Shown: one piece after another, positions 46,428-60,575 of the stretch
Layout of the letters: each line of letters starts with the position of its first letter
Numbering within the stretch: position 1 is the stretch's first letter
NCBI GenBank assembly: GCA_036267875.1
Contig: DATAVE010000064.1
Span: 3,546 to 67,545 of the forward strand
Direction of reading: 5' to 3'
Length of the DNA: 64,000 bases
From: Mycobacteriales bacterium
GTDB taxonomy: Bacteria; Actinomycetota; Actinomycetes; JAFAQI01
Notes under the pieces: generated by a model
The model's database searches: none
Told to the model about the DNA's origin: nothing
What the model saw: only the letters and a program-made list of their open reading frames with translations
Made by a program: the position numbers and the translations under genes

Positions 46428-49400
46428 ATGGACTCCGTGGGTGCCGACAAGTTCGTGCACCTGCACGTCCACAGCGAGTACTCGATGCTCGACGGCGCCG
46501 CCCGGGTGTCCGAGCTGTTCGAGGAAGCCGCCCGCCAGGAGATGCCCGCGCTGGCGATGACCGACCACGGCAACGTGTTCGGTGCGTATGAGTTCTGGAA
46601 GAAGGGCAAGGCCGCCGGGGTCAAGCCGATCATCGGCATGGAGGCGTACATCACGCCTGGGACCTCTCGCTACGAGCGGACCAGGGTTCGCTGGGCCGAG
46701 GGCGGCGAAGACGACGTCTCCGGTGGCGGCGCCTTCACCCACATGACGCTGCTCGCCGAGACCACGCAGGGGATGCACAACCTCTTTCGGCTGGCGAGCC
46801 GGTCCAGCCTCGAGGGCTACTTCTACAAGCCGCGTGCCGATCGCGAGCTGATCAGCGAGTATGCGAAGGGCATGATCGCGAGCACCGGCTGCCCGTCGGG
46901 GGAGATCCAGACCAAGCTGCGGATCGGCGACTACGAGGGCGCGAAGCTGGTCGCCGGCGAGCTGCAGGACATCTTCGGCCGTGAGTCGTTCTTCTGCGAG
47001 CTGATGAACCACGGCCTCGACATCGAGACCCGAGTCCACGCCGATCTGATCCGGCTGTCCAAGGATCTGAACATCCCGACGATCGCGACCAATGACCTGC
47101 ACTACACCTACGCCAAGGATGCCGAGGCCCACGAGGTCCTGCTCTGCGTGCAGTCCGGCAAGACGATGGCGGACCCCAACCGCTTCAAGTTCGACGCCAA
47201 GGACTTCTACCTCAAGAGTGCGCAGGAGATGCGACAGCTCTGGCGGGAGCTGCCCGAGGCCTGCGACAACACCCTGCTGATCGCACAGCGCTGCGAGGTC
47301 GAGTTCGACGAAGGCGCGGACCTGATGCCGCGTTTCGAGGTGCCCGAGGGGCAGACCGAGGACACCTGGCTGCGTGACGAGGTCCACCGTGGGCTGGACG
47401 CGCGCATGCGGGGTGCCGTCGTACCCCCCGAGTACCGCGAGCGGGCGGACTTCGAGCTCGGCGTGATCATCCAGATGGGCTTCCCGGGCTACTTCCTCGT
47501 GGTTGCTGACCTGTGCCGCCACGCGCGCGAGTCGGGCATCCGGGTCGGTCCCGGGCGTGGCTCGGCGGCTGGGTCGCTCGTCGCCTGGGCGTTGCGCATC
47601 ACCGAGCTCGACCCGATCGAGCACGGGCTGCTGTTCGAGCGCTTTCTCAACCCCGAGCGCGTGTCGATGCCTGACGTCGACCTGGACTTCGACGAGCGTC
47701 GGCGCGGCGACATGATCCGCTACGCCACGGAGAAGTACGGCGAGGATCGGGTCAGCCAGATCATCACCTACAGCACCATCAAGGCGAAGGCGGCCGTCAA
47801 GGACGCGGCCCGGGTCCTTGGCTTCCCGTATGGCATCGGCGACAAGATCACGAAGGCGATGCCCGCGCCGGTCATGGGCAAGGACCTTCCGCTGGCCGCG
47901 ATCTTCGACCCAGCGCACGAGCGCTACGGCGAGGGCAAGGACTTCCGCCAGCTCTACGAGACCGAGCACGACGTCAAGAAGGTCGTCGACACCGCTCGCG
48001 GCCTCGAGGGGCTTCGTCGCCAGTGGGGCGTCCATGCGGCCGGCGTGATCCTGTCGCGGTACCCGCTGCTCGACGTCATCCCCATCCAGCGGCGAGAGGT
48101 CGACGGCGCGATCATCACGCAGTTCGACATGGGTGCCTGCGAGTCACTCGGCCTGCTGAAGATGGACTTCCTCGGGCTGCGCAACCTCACGGTGCTCGAC
48201 GATGCGCTACGGCACATCCAGACCAACCGGGGCGAGACGATCGACCTCGAGACGTTGCCGTTGGATCGCCCGGAGGCCTACGAGCTGCTGTGCCGTGGCG
48301 ACACGATCGGCGTCTTCCAGTTCGAGGGCGGGCCGATGCGCTCGCTCATCAGGTCGCTGCAGCCGTCGGCGTTCGAGGACATCGCGGCGCTCAACGCGCT
48401 GTATCGACCTGGCCCGATGGGCATGGGCAGCCACCTCGCCTACGTCGAGCGGAAGCACGGTCGCCAGAAGATCGACCCGATCCACCCGGAGTTCGCCGAG
48501 TCGCTTGTCGACCTGCTCGCCGAGACCTACGGCGTGATCGTCTATCAGGAGCAGGTCATGGCGATCGCGCAGCGCGTCGCCGGCTACTCGCTTGCACAAG
48601 CGGACACGCTGCGCCGGGCGATGGGCAAGAAGAAGAAGGAGATCCTCGACAAGGAGAAGATCCCGTTCAGCGACGGCATGAAGTCGCGCGGCTACAGCCA
48701 GCCGGCGATCGACAAGCTGTGGGAGACGTTGATCCCGTTCGCGGACTACGCCTTCAACAAGTCCCACGCCGCGGGCTACGGCTTGGTGTCGTACTGGACG
48801 GCATTTCTCAAGTCGCACTACCCGGCGGAGTACATGGCCGCGCTGCTCACGTCGGTGCGCGACGACAAGGACAAGAGCGCGCTCTACCTGCACGAGTGCC
48901 GTCGGATGGGCATCAAGGTGCTGCCGCCGGATGTGAACTCCTCCGATGCGGACTTTGCGCCGGTTGGCACCGACATCCGCTATGGCATGGCTGGCATCCG
49001 CAACGTCGGTGCCAACGTGGTCTCGTCGATCTGCGCCACCCGGCGCAGCAAGGGCATGTACCTCGACTTCGCCGACTTCCTGACCAAGGTCGATCCGGTG
49101 GTCTGCAACAAGAAGACGATCGAGTCGCTGATCAAAGCCGGTGCGTTCGACTCCCTCGGCCACACCCGACAGGGCTTGTTGCGGGTCCACGCCGAGGCGA
49201 TCGACGCCTGCATGGACACCAAGCGCAACGAGGCAGTTGGTCAGTTCGATCTGTTCAGCGCGGGTGATGGCGATGGTGGGGCCGAGCCGACGATGGCGCT
49301 GAACCTGATCATCCCGGTGAGCGAGTGGGACAAGACGATGCTGCTCGCCTACGAGCGAGAGATGCTCGGCCTCTACGTCTCGGACCATCCACTGTTCGGG

Positions 49401-49958
49401 ATCGAGCATGTGCTCGCGGCCGCGGTCGACTGCCCGATCTCCGCGCTGTCCGGTGAGGAGCGCAGCGACGGCCAGATCGTCACGGTCGGCGGCATCATCT
49501 CCTCGGTCACGCGCAAGATGACCAAGCGCGGCGACTCGTGGGCGACAGCGGTGCTCGAGGACCTCGAAGGTGCGATCGAGGTGTTGTTCTTCCCCAAGGC
49601 GTACGAGGAGCACGGGATCCACCTCGCGGAGGACGCGGTGCTCCTGGTGCGCGCCCGGATCGACAAGCGCGAGGAAGCGCCGCGGCTGATGGCGATGGAG
49701 GTCGCGATCCCCGACATCAGTCAGGGACCGCGTGGCCCGATCGTGATCACGCTTCCGGCGAACCGCTGCACGCCCCCGGTCGTGGAGCGCCTCAAGGACG
49801 TGCTGGCCGGGCATCCCGGCGCGACCGAGGTGCGGCTGTGCCTGCAGTCAGCGGGCCGCGAGACCGTCGTACGAATCGACGATCGCCTGCGAGTAGCCCC
49901 GACGCCAGCCCTGATGGCCGACCTCAAACAGCTATTGGGTCCCAACGCCGTCAGCTAG
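46428..49958 (+). CDS. dnaE: DNA polymerase III alpha subunit DnaE
   Basis: From ATG 46428: MDSVGADKFVHLHVHSEYSMLDGAARV PHP domain, then pol III alpha core and OB domain, 1176 aa. The ORF-track 5' extension overlaps the GH16-like gene. Confidence 0.95.
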   Translation: MDSVGADKFVHLHVHSEYSMLDGAARVSELFEEAARQEMPALAMTDHGNVFGAYEFWKKGKAAGVKPIIGMEAYITPGTSRYERTRVRWAEGGEDDVSGGGAFTHMTLLAETTQGMHNLFRLASRSSLEGYFYKPRADRELISEYAKGMIASTGCPSGEIQTKLRIGDYEGAKLVAGELQDIFGRESFFCELMNHGLDIETRVHADLIRLSKDLNIPTIATNDLHYTYAKDAEAHEVLLCVQSGKTMADPNRFKFDAKDFYLKSAQEMRQLWRELPEACDNTLLIAQRCEVEFDEGADLMPRFEVPEGQTEDTWLRDEVHRGLDARMRGAVVPPEYRERADFELGVIIQMGFPGYFLVVADLCRHARESGIRVGPGRGSAAGSLVAWALRITELDPIEHGLLFERFLNPERVSMPDVDLDFDERRRGDMIRYATEKYGEDRVSQIITYSTIKAKAAVKDAARVLGFPYGIGDKITKAMPAPVMGKDLPLAAIFDPAHERYGEGKDFRQLYETEHDVKKVVDTARGLEGLRRQWGVHAAGVILSRYPLLDVIPIQRREVDGAIITQFDMGACESLGLLKMDFLGLRNLTVLDDALRHIQTNRGETIDLETLPLDRPEAYELLCRGDTIGVFQFEGGPMRSLIRSLQPSAFEDIAALNALYRPGPMGMGSHLAYVERKHGRQKIDPIHPEFAESLVDLLAETYGVIVYQEQVMAIAQRVAGYSLAQADTLRRAMGKKKKEILDKEKIPFSDGMKSRGYSQPAIDKLWETLIPFADYAFNKSHAAGYGLVSYWTAFLKSHYPAEYMAALLTSVRDDKDKSALYLHECRRMGIKVLPPDVNSSDADFAPVGTDIRYGMAGIRNVGANVVSSICATRRSKGMYLDFADFLTKVDPVVCNKKTIESLIKAGAFDSLGHTRQGLLRVHAEAIDACMDTKRNEAVGQFDLFSAGDGDGGAEPTMALNLIIPVSEWDKTMLLAYEREMLGLYVSDHPLFGIEHVLAAAVDCPISALSGEERSDGQIVTVGGIISSVTRKMTKRGDSWATAVLEDLEGAIEVLFFPKAYEEHGIHLAEDAVLLVRARIDKREEAPRLMAMEVAIPDISQGPRGPIVITLPANRCTPPVVERLKDVLAGHPGATEVRLCLQSAGRETVVRIDDRLRVAPTPALMADLKQLLGPNAVS

Positions 49959-49996
49959 CGGGTTTCGACCATGCCCCGTTTGGGCCATGAAATAGC

Positions 49997-51061
49997 GTGA
50001 GCTTGATGGGTTCTAAGCGGTTGCTCATCGTTTCGGCATCGATGGGCGCGGGCCATGACGCCGCCGCTGCTGCGCTTGCCGTGCAGGCTGAGGCAGAGGG
50101 CCACACGGTTCGCACGGTCGACCTGCTGAAGATGCCGCCGCACGGCCAGGGCGCGGTGCTGCGAGCGTTCTACCACTCGATGCTCGCGGTCATCCCGTGG
50201 CTCTACGACTGGGCGATGCGGACGTGGGTGACCCATCCCGGCATCTTCGAGGCGATCACCCACAACGGCGGGCGAAGCGCGGAGAAGCCGTTGCTTGCCG
50301 AGGTCGAGCAGTTTCAGCCGGATGCGATCGTCGCGGTCTACAACCTCGCCGCCCAGGTGCTCGGCCGGTTGCGCAGCCAGGGTCGGTTGAGCACGCCGAT
50401 TGCGACGTACGTCACCGATCCAGGCGCGCATCCCTACTGGGTCTGGTCCGGCGTCGATCTCACCCTGGCGCCGATGGGCGCCACCGCAGTTGCGCTGGAG
50501 GACATGGGCGCCGACGTCGTAAAGCCGATCGCACCGCTCGTGGCCGCGCGCTACCTCGAGCCGGTCGATCGCGACGCTGCGCGCGAACGCTGGGAGATCG
50601 ACGCGAACGCTCGGGTCGTCGTCGTCAATGGCGGCAGCTGGGGTGTCGGCGAAGTGGTCTCGGCTGTGCGACAGCTGACAGCGGCTGCCGATGTCGTACT
50701 GGTGCTCTGTGGTCACTCGACGCGGCTGGCTCGGCGGATAGCCGGGGTGCCGGGCGTGCGCGCCGTCCCCTGGACGAGCGACGTGATCGGAGTGCTCGCT
50801 TCGGCCGATGTCGTCGTCGACAACGCAGGGGGCACAACGTGCTGGGAGGCGCTGGCGCTCGGCAAGCCGACCGTCCTGTATCGCCCGATCGCAGGGCATG
50901 GCCGTCTCAACGCTGAGGCGCTCCAGCAGGTCGGACTCGCCCGCTGGGCGACGGACGTTCCTGAACTGCTGGCTTCGGTTCGCCGGGCGACTCCTCCGGC
51001 CGACACCGTCGGCGTCTTCGGCTGTGAGCGGGCCGTCGACGTGTTGGACACGTTGTGGTGA
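49997..51061 (+). CDS. MGDG-synthase/UgtP-like lipid glycosyltransferase (GT28 family, diacylglycerol glycosyltransferase)
   Basis: N-terminal KRLLIVSASMGAGHDAAAAAL resembles the MGDG synthase N-domain. C-terminal GT-B domain (...DVVVDNAGGTTCWEALALGKP...). Confidence 0.6.
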   Translation: MSLMGSKRLLIVSASMGAGHDAAAAALAVQAEAEGHTVRTVDLLKMPPHGQGAVLRAFYHSMLAVIPWLYDWAMRTWVTHPGIFEAITHNGGRSAEKPLLAEVEQFQPDAIVAVYNLAAQVLGRLRSQGRLSTPIATYVTDPGAHPYWVWSGVDLTLAPMGATAVALEDMGADVVKPIAPLVAARYLEPVDRDAARERWEIDANARVVVVNGGSWGVGEVVSAVRQLTAAADVVLVLCGHSTRLARRIAGVPGVRAVPWTSDVIGVLASADVVVDNAGGTTCWEALALGKPTVLYRPIAGHGRLNAEALQQVGLARWATDVPELLASVRRATPPADTVGVFGCERAVDVLDTLW

Positions 51062-51062
51062 C

Positions 51063-51767
51063 GTGAACGGCTACGAGATCGGGGCTGTTGCCCTCGGTGC
51101 TGTGGCGGCCGTCCAGATCGGGCCGGCCGGCACCTGGCTGCCTGGACTGCGGCGAGCGGTCACGCCCTCGTTGTGCGGCCCGATGCCGGCAGGCACGGTG
51201 GCCCTGACGTTCGACGACGGACCTCATCCCGAGGGCACCATCGCGATCCTTGACGAACTCGATCGGCTTGGCTGGCCGGCGACCTTCTTTGTGCTCGGCT
51301 CCGAAGTGCGCCGCTATCCCGCGGTGGTCCTCGAGACTCTGCGCCGCGGTCATGGGATCGGCCTGCACGGCGACCAGCACCGCTACACGATTGCGCGGAC
51401 GCCGTGGGGGATCGCGGCGGATCTTCGACGAGGTCGTGACGCAGTCGCCGAGGTCGTCGGCGAGGTCCCCAGCTGGTGGCGCCCGACGTACGGCGTGATG
51501 TCCGGGCCGTCCTACCTTGCTGCGCGGGCGCTTGGGCTGCGGCCGGTGCTGTGGTCGGCGTGGGGAGTCGACTGGCTCGCGAGCTCGTCGCCCGAGTCGG
51601 TCGTGGCAAAGCTCGAGTCCGGTCGACTCGCTGGGGGAACCATGCTGTTGCACGACTCCGATGTGACGAGCGCAGCCGACTCCTGGCGGACGACGCTCGC
51701 CGCTCTGCCGCTGCTCGCCGAGCGGTTGTCACAGCGCAATCTCGTTGTCGCGGCGCTCGGCAGTTAG
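51063..51767 (+). CDS. Polysaccharide deacetylase (NodB/CE4 family)
   Basis: TFDDGP motif, His-His metal site (HGDQH). GTG 51063 immediately follows the glycosyltransferase stop. Confidence 0.7.
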   Translation: MNGYEIGAVALGAVAAVQIGPAGTWLPGLRRAVTPSLCGPMPAGTVALTFDDGPHPEGTIAILDELDRLGWPATFFVLGSEVRRYPAVVLETLRRGHGIGLHGDQHRYTIARTPWGIAADLRRGRDAVAEVVGEVPSWWRPTYGVMSGPSYLAARALGLRPVLWSAWGVDWLASSSPESVVAKLESGRLAGGTMLLHDSDVTSAADSWRTTLAALPLLAERLSQRNLVVAALGS

Positions 51768-51789
51768 CGAGGTAAGCGACACTGTTCGG

Positions 51790-52355
51790 ATGCAAGAGCG
51801 GCCCGTTGCCCCGATCAACTGGCGGGCCGAGATCGTGACGGCGGTCGTCCTGGCGATCTTCGTCGCGCTGCTTGGGTCCGCAGTCGGTCTGATCTGGCAC
51901 GCGGTCGCACCGCATATCGATGTGAACGCGGCGCTCGACAATCCCGAAGAGAAGACCAAGGCGCTCATGGGAGACGACCTGTGGCTCGGGCTGCTCGGGC
52001 TGATCGGTGGCGTCGTGTGTGTTGCGCTGGTTGCTGTCGCGGCGCCGGATTCGCTCGACGGTCCCGGCGCTCTGGTCGGGCTGGTAGTCGGTGGCTTTCT
52101 CGCGATGTACGTGGCGGATCGGGTGGGTTACCTCGTGTCGGGCTCCTCGTTGCGCATGACACTCAGCGCGGCCTTTCCGGACGCGACGCCGAAGGGGCTC
52201 GACAGCGTCGTCGGGTTGCTCGACTTCAAGGTGCGGGCGATGGCTGTGATGATCAGCTGGCCGTTGGCCTCACTGCTGGTCAGCAGCACGATCACCTGGC
52301 TGCGCGCGATAAAGCAGCCGACGGTGCGGCCGGTCCCGGCCTACCCTGGCTCCCC

Positions 52356-52359
<4 letters not shown>
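51790..52359 (+). CDS. DUF2567-like integral membrane protein
   Basis: 4 predicted TM helices. Conserved position upstream of hisD, as in mycobacteria (Rv1598c-like). Start ATG 51790. Confidence 0.5.
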
Positions 52360-55281
<2,922 letters not shown>

Positions 55282-55353
55282 ATCGGGATTGTCGCCGCCT
55301 CACTGGGCGGTTATTGCGACGGGTCCGGAGCCGGCTTCCGCGATACTGGTGAC

Positions 55354-55941
55354 GTGGCAAGAACCGCGCTCGTGGAGCGTTCCACCAAGGAATCCCAGGT
55401 CTCCGTGTCGCTCGACCTCGATGGCACCGGGGTGAGCGAGATCTCGACGGGCGTGCCGTTCTACGACCACATGCTTGCCCAACTGTCGAAGCACGGGGGA
55501 ATCGACCTGACCGTGAAGACGGTCGGCGACCTCGAAGTCGATGCCCACCACACTGTCGAGGACACCGCGATCGCACTTGGACAAGCACTCCGCGAAGCGC
55601 TTGGAGACAAGGTCGGCATCCGCCGGTTCGCTGATGCCTTTGTGCCGCTCGACGAGGCGCTCGCCCACGCAGTGGTCGACGTCTCCGGCCGGCCCTACCT
55701 CGTGCACGACGAGCCGCCGCTCGTCGAGCTGATCGGCAGCTACGACACGACGCTGACTCGCCACATCTGGGAGTCGATGGTGTCGAGTGCGCAGATCTGT
55801 CTGCATGTTCGTGTCCTCGGCGGGCGCAACGCGCACCACATCGTCGAGGCACAGTTCAAGGCGGTCGCGCGCGCTCTGCGGGACGCGGTATCGCTCGACC
55901 CGCGCTCGGTCGGCGTGCCGTCGACCAAGGGCGTTCTCTAG
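55354..55941 (+). CDS. hisB: Imidazoleglycerol-phosphate dehydratase HisB
   Basis: [25 protein letters not shown]...DAHHTVED... The ORF-track 5' extension (55153) overlaps the antisense gene, so the start is trimmed to GTG 55354. Confidence 0.85.
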   Translation: MARTALVERSTKESQVSVSLDLDGTGVSEISTGVPFYDHMLAQLSKHGGIDLTVKTVGDLEVDAHHTVEDTAIALGQALREALGDKVGIRRFADAFVPLDEALAHAVVDVSGRPYLVHDEPPLVELIGSYDTTLTRHIWESMVSSAQICLHVRVLGGRNAHHIVEAQFKAVARALRDAVSLDPRSVGVPSTKGVL

Positions 55942-55945
55942 TCCG

Positions 55946-56557
55946 GTGACCAGCAAAGCAACCGTGGTCGTCATCGACCACGGCTCCGGAAACCTGCGAT
56001 CGGCCGAGCGGGCACTCGCGCGGGTCGGTGCGGACGTCAGCGTCACTGATGATCTCTCCGCCGCACGCGAGGCCGACGGTGTCGTACTGCCGGGCGTCGG
56101 TGCCTTCGCTGCTTGCATGGCGGGCGTTCGTCAGGTGGGTGCCGACTCGCTGGTCCGCGAGCGGGTCGCTGCGGGACGGCCGGTGCTCGGGATCTGCGTC
56201 GGGATGCAGGTGCTCTACGACGCAGGCGAGGAGCACGGGCTGCGTACCGAAGGCATCGGTGCGCTCGGCGGCCAGGTGGTGCGTCTCGAGGCGCCGATCC
56301 TGCCGCACATGGGCTGGAACACCGTTGCGCCCGCAGCGTCCTCGGCGCTGTTCACCGGGATCGGCGACCAGCGGTTCTACTTCGTGCACTCCTACGGCGT
56401 TCGAGCGTTCGGTGCCGCTGGCGAGACCACAGCGACACACGGTGGGCGCTTCGTCGCGGCCGTCGAACAGGGCCCGCTGTCGGCGACGCAGTTTCACCCT
56501 GAGAAGTCCGGTGACGCCGGGCTCACCCTTCTCGAGAACTGGCTGAAGACGCTGTGA
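55946..56557 (+). CDS. hisH: Imidazole glycerol phosphate synthase glutaminase subunit HisH
   Basis: [13 protein letters not shown]...GICVGMQVL...FHPEKS class-I glutamine amidotransferase triad. GTG 55946. Confidence 0.9.
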   Translation: MTSKATVVVIDHGSGNLRSAERALARVGADVSVTDDLSAAREADGVVLPGVGAFAACMAGVRQVGADSLVRERVAAGRPVLGICVGMQVLYDAGEEHGLRTEGIGALGGQVVRLEAPILPHMGWNTVAPAASSALFTGIGDQRFYFVHSYGVRAFGAAGETTATHGGRFVAAVEQGPLSATQFHPEKSGDAGLTLLENWLKTL

Positions 56558-57285
56558 CCGACTCATCGCTTGTGCTGCTTCCCGCCGTCGATGTCGCCGA
56601 CGGTCAGGCGGTGCGGTTGGTCCAGGGTGAGGCCGGGTCGGAGACGGCCTACGGCGCACCCCTGGACGCCGCACTTGCTTGGCAGAGCGGCGGCGCGGAG
56701 TGGGTGCATCTGGTGGATCTCGACGCCGCGTTCGGTCGCGGCTCGAACCGTGACCTGATCGCAGAGGTCGTCGGTCGACTCGACGTCGCCGTCGAGCTCT
56801 CGGGCGGCATCCGTGACGACGTGTCGCTCGAGGCTGCGTTGGCGACGGGGTGCGCGCGCGTCAACATCGGCACGGCTGCGCTCGAGCAGCCGGACTGGGT
56901 GCGATCGGCGATCGCGAAGCACGGTGACCGGATAGCCGTCGGGCTGGACGTGCGCGGCACGACTCTGTCGGCGCGCGGCTGGACGCAGGACGGCGGCGAG
57001 CTGTTCGACGTACTCGCGCGACTCGATGCTGATGGCTGTGCGCGCTACGTCGTCACCGATGTGCGCCGCGATGGGACGTTGACCGGCCCGAACCTCGAGC
57101 TGCTGCGAGAGGTCTGTGCCGCAACGGACCGCCCGGTGATTGCCAGCGGCGGTGTCAGCAGTCTCGACGACCTGCGTGCGATCTCGGGTCTGGTTGGTGT
57201 CGGAGTCGAAGGGGCCATCGTCGGGAAGGCGCTCTACGCCGGTGCCTTCACGCTGCCCGAGGCGCTTGCGGCAGTGAGTTCGTAG
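56554..57285 (+). CDS. priA: Phosphoribosyl isomerase A PriA (bifunctional HisA/TrpF type of Actinobacteria)
   Basis: [19 protein letters not shown] HisA barrel. No trpF is present in the adjacent trp operon. Confidence 0.85.
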   Translation: MTDSSLVLLPAVDVADGQAVRLVQGEAGSETAYGAPLDAALAWQSGGAEWVHLVDLDAAFGRGSNRDLIAEVVGRLDVAVELSGGIRDDVSLEAALATGCARVNIGTAALEQPDWVRSAIAKHGDRIAVGLDVRGTTLSARGWTQDGGELFDVLARLDADGCARYVVTDVRRDGTLTGPNLELLREVCAATDRPVIASGGVSSLDDLRAISGLVGVGVEGAIVGKALYAGAFTLPEALAAVSS

Positions 57286-58055
57286 TGGCCGTCGCGACGC
57301 GGGTGATTCCTTGTCTCGACGTCGATGGCGGACGGGTCGTGAAGGGCGTCAACTTCCGCGATCTGCGCGATGCCGGAGATCCGGTCGAGCTCGCGAAGCG
57401 GTACGACGACGAGGGTGCCGACGAGCTGGTGTTCCTGGACATCACCGCATCGAGCGGCGACCGGGAGACGACGTACGACGTCGTCCGTCGTACTGCGGAG
57501 CAGGTCTTCATCCCGTTGACGGTCGGTGGCGGGGTACGCAGCGTCGAGGACGTAGATCGGCTGCTGCGGGCCGGCGCCGACAAGGTCGGCGTCAACACCG
57601 CGGCGATTGCGCGGCCTGAGCTGTTGCACGAGATCGCGCAGCGCTTCGGGAACCAGGTGCTGGTGCTCTCGGTCGACGCACGCCGGACGCAGGGCGAGAC
57701 GCGAACCGAGAGTGGGTACGAAGTTACGACGCACGGCGGGCGGCAGGGCACGGGCATCGACGCGGTCCAGTGGGCCGCGCGAGGCGAAGAGCTCGGGGTG
57801 GGGGAGATCCTGCTCAACTCGATGGATGCCGACGGCACGACGGCAGGCTTCGACATCGAGATGGTGGAGGCGGTTCGGCGCGTCGTGACGGTTCCGCTGA
57901 TCGCCTCAGGTGGCGCGGGCAAGGTCGCGGACTTCCCGCCGCCGGTCGCCGCAGGGGCCGACGCCGTCCTCGCTGCCAGCGTCTTCCACTTCGGCACGTT
58001 GAGCATCGGTGAGGTCAAGGAAGCGCTTCGCGCAGCCGGCAACGAGGTCCGCTAG
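57285..58055 (+). CDS. hisF: Imidazole glycerol phosphate synthase cyclase subunit HisF
   Basis: [16 protein letters not shown]...[11 protein letters not shown] HisF barrel. Confidence 0.9.
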   Translation: MAVATRVIPCLDVDGGRVVKGVNFRDLRDAGDPVELAKRYDDEGADELVFLDITASSGDRETTYDVVRRTAEQVFIPLTVGGGVRSVEDVDRLLRAGADKVGVNTAAIARPELLHEIAQRFGNQVLVLSVDARRTQGETRTESGYEVTTHGGRQGTGIDAVQWAARGEELGVGEILLNSMDADGTTAGFDIEMVEAVRRVVTVPLIASGGAGKVADFPPPVAAGADAVLAASVFHFGTLSIGEVKEALRAAGNEVR

Positions 58056-58111
58056 AGCGGATGTGTCATCCGCTCTGAAAATCGGGATGCGGACACCGGC
58101 ACAATGGATGC

Positions 58112-58492
58112 ATGTCTGGTCCGGCGCGTCCGTCCTCGCTCGACCCGGCCATTGCGGAGCGCCTCAAGCGCGACGACAACGGCCTGATCGCCGCGGTGGC
58201 CCAGCAGTGGGACACCGGTGAGGTCTTGATGGTCGGTTGGATGGACGACGAGGCGCTGCACCGCACGCTGACCACCGGCCGCTGCACCTACTGGAGCCGC
58301 AGCCGGGGGGAGTACTGGGTCAAGGGCGATACGTCCGGGCACCAGCAGTGGGTGAAGGCAGTCGCGCTCGATTGCGACGGCGACACGCTTCTGGTGTCGG
58401 TCGACCAGGTCGGCGCGGCCTGCCACACCGGCGACCGCCGTTGCTTCGACGCCGACGTGCTTGATGCGGTCGTCGGCGAACCAGCCGCGTGA
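58112..58492 (+). CDS. hisI: Phosphoribosyl-AMP cyclohydrolase HisI
   Basis: 126 aa with ...[20 protein letters not shown]...CHTGDRRCF... metal-binding cysteines. Confidence 0.85.
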   Translation: MSGPARPSSLDPAIAERLKRDDNGLIAAVAQQWDTGEVLMVGWMDDEALHRTLTTGRCTYWSRSRGEYWVKGDTSGHQQWVKAVALDCDGDTLLVSVDQVGAACHTGDRRCFDADVLDAVVGEPAA

Positions 58493-60009
58493 GCGCGTCA
58501 TCCGCGCGACCGGACGGAGTCGTACGTCCGGATCGCGAGGGCTTCCTTGCGGCGTTCGCCAACGACCGAGTCGTGCCCGTCGTACGACGCGTGCTGGCTG
58601 ATGCCGAGACACCGATCAGTGCCTACCGCAAGCTCGCGGCCGGCCGGCCGGGGACGTTCCTGCTCGAATCGGCGGAGCACGGCGGTGTGTGGGCTCGCTA
58701 CTCGTTCATCGGCGTCCGCTCGGCGGCGACGCTGTCCGAGCAGGGCGGGCATGCCGTGTGGACCGGCATCGGTCCGGACGACCATCCCGACGATCCGCTC
58801 GAGGCGCTGCACGACGCAGCGGCTCGGCTGCACACGCCACGCAACCCGGAGCTGCCACCGCTGACCTGTGGGCTCGTCGGGTACATGGGCTACGACACGG
58901 TGCGTCGGATCGAGCGACTGCCGGTGCTCGCCGAGGACGACATCGCGATGCCGGAGCTGCACTTCCTGCTAGCGACCGATGTCGCGGTCGTTGATCACCG
59001 CGACGGGTCGATCGTGCTCGTTGCGAACGTGATCCATCGCCTCACTCCTGGGGCCGACGAGGACCCCGGGTCGGCGTACGACGAGGCCGTCGCGCGGCTG
59101 GACGCAATGACGGCGGACCTCGCCAAGCCCGCCGAGCCTTCGGTCTCCACGCTGGCGCGCTCCGATGTGCCGGACTACCGGGAGCGAACCACCCGCGAGG
59201 ACTACATGGCGGCGGTGGAGACCGCCAAGGAGCACATCCGCGCCGGCGACTGCTTCCAGATCGTGGTCTCGCAGCGCTTCGAGACCGACTGCGCGGCCGA
59301 CCCGCTCGACGTCTATCGGGCGCTGCGTACGTCGAACCCTTCGCCGTACATGTACCTGCTCCGGTTCGATGATCTCGACGTAGTCGGTTCGTCGCCTGAG
59401 GCGCTGGTCAAGGTGGAGGGCGGTCGGGCGCTGATGCATCCGATCGCCGGCACGCGGCCTCGTGGCGCGACGCCCGAGGAGGACGCCGCGTATGCGCACG
59501 AGCTCTTCACGGATCCCAAGGAGCGCGCCGAGCACGTGATGCTCGTCGACCTCGGCCGCAACGACCTGGGCCGGATTGCGGTTCCGGGCTCGGTCGAGGT
59601 GGTCGACCTGATGGCGGTGGAGCGGTTCTCCCACGTCATGCATCTGGTCTCGACCGTGGTGTGCGACGTCGCGCCCGCTGCCACGTCTCTGGACGTGCTG
59701 TGCGCGTGCTTCCCGGCAGGCACCTTGTCAGGGGCCCCGAAGGTGCGCGCGATGGAGGTCATCGAGGCGCTCGAGCCGACCCGACGCGGCCTCTACGGCG
59801 GGATCGTCGGCTATGTCGACGTCGCGGGTGACCTAGACACGGCGGTGGCGATTCGCACCGTCGTGATGCGCGATGGTCACGCCTACGTCCAGGCCGGCGC
59901 CGGCATCGTCGCCGACTCCGACCCTGCCGCCGAGGATGCCGAGTCGCGCAACAAGGCCGCCGCCGTACTAGCCGCGTTGGCCTCGGCGGAGGCCATCCAC
60001 CAAATATGA
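58489..60009 (+). CDS. trpE: Anthranilate synthase component I TrpE
   Basis: 506 aa chorismate-binding enzyme (…[10 protein letters not shown]…[13 protein letters not shown]…). Confidence 0.9.
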   Translation: MSASSARPDGVVRPDREGFLAAFANDRVVPVVRRVLADAETPISAYRKLAAGRPGTFLLESAEHGGVWARYSFIGVRSAATLSEQGGHAVWTGIGPDDHPDDPLEALHDAAARLHTPRNPELPPLTCGLVGYMGYDTVRRIERLPVLAEDDIAMPELHFLLATDVAVVDHRDGSIVLVANVIHRLTPGADEDPGSAYDEAVARLDAMTADLAKPAEPSVSTLARSDVPDYRERTTREDYMAAVETAKEHIRAGDCFQIVVSQRFETDCAADPLDVYRALRTSNPSPYMYLLRFDDLDVVGSSPEALVKVEGGRALMHPIAGTRPRGATPEEDAAYAHELFTDPKERAEHVMLVDLGRNDLGRIAVPGSVEVVDLMAVERFSHVMHLVSTVVCDVAPAATSLDVLCACFPAGTLSGAPKVRAMEVIEALEPTRRGLYGGIVGYVDVAGDLDTAVAIRTVVMRDGHAYVQAGAGIVADSDPAAEDAESRNKAAAVLAALASAEAIHQI

Positions 60010-60575
60010 ACAAGGCTGTCGCTGGCTTGCTCCGCGCGATGTTCGGCACAGCTGTCGGCGGGCTGATTGTCCTGGTCGCGAGCGGTCGAGTGTGGTCGCG
60101 CATGACCGTGCACATCCCCGCTGCCGCGGCTACGCGGGTGTCCGTCACCGGGCATGCGGTCGAGCCGTCGTTGCCGGCGCTTGGCATCGCCCTGCTGGCT
60201 CTCGCCGCCGGGCTGGTTGCGGCGCGCGGTGTGCTTCGGCGCGCGGTCGGTGTTGTGATCGCGCTGGTCGGGGCGATCGCGCTCGTCGTCGCGATCCAAG
60301 GCCGGGGCTCCGTCTCGTCGGCGCTCACCTCGCACGAGGTGGGTGGTCTGGCGATCCCGGTCCACGGCAGCGCGAACGGCTGGTGGGTCGTCGCCGCGGT
60401 CGGTGGGCTGGTCGCGATGGCAGCCGGCGTACTCGCAGCGTGGCGCAGCGGCGAATGGGCCGCCATGGGACGCAAGTACGAAGCACCCGACACCGCACAA
60501 CCGACGGTCGCCAAGGGCGACCCGGCCGATACCGCATGGGACGCACTGGACAGGGGGGAGGACCCGACCGAATGA
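60006..60575 (+). CDS. Trp-biosynthesis-associated membrane protein (TIGR02234, Rv1610-like)
   Basis: 4-TM protein between trpE and trpC, as in mycobacteria. ATGA overlaps at both ends. Confidence 0.7.
   Translation: MNKAVAGLLRAMFGTAVGGLIVLVASGRVWSRMTVHIPAAAATRVSVTGHAVEPSLPALGIALLALAAGLVAARGVLRRAVGVVIALVGAIALVVAIQGRGSVSSALTSHEVGGLAIPVHGSANGWWVVAAVGGLVAMAAGVLAAWRSGEWAAMGRKYEAPDTAQPTVAKGDPADTAWDALDRGEDPTE

Noticed and set aside
46350-48035. 561-aa ORF on the opposite strand inside dnaE
   Set aside because: Long antisense ORFs are expected by chance in 70% GC DNA. The sense frame (dnaE) has unmistakable homology and codon bias, and the antisense translation is Arg/Gly/Val-rich low complexity
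49959-49996. Possible inverted repeat (GACCATGCCCC…GGGCCATG) after the dnaE stop as a terminator
   Set aside because: The arms are not truly complementary on inspection. Only a 38-nt gap. Left unannotated
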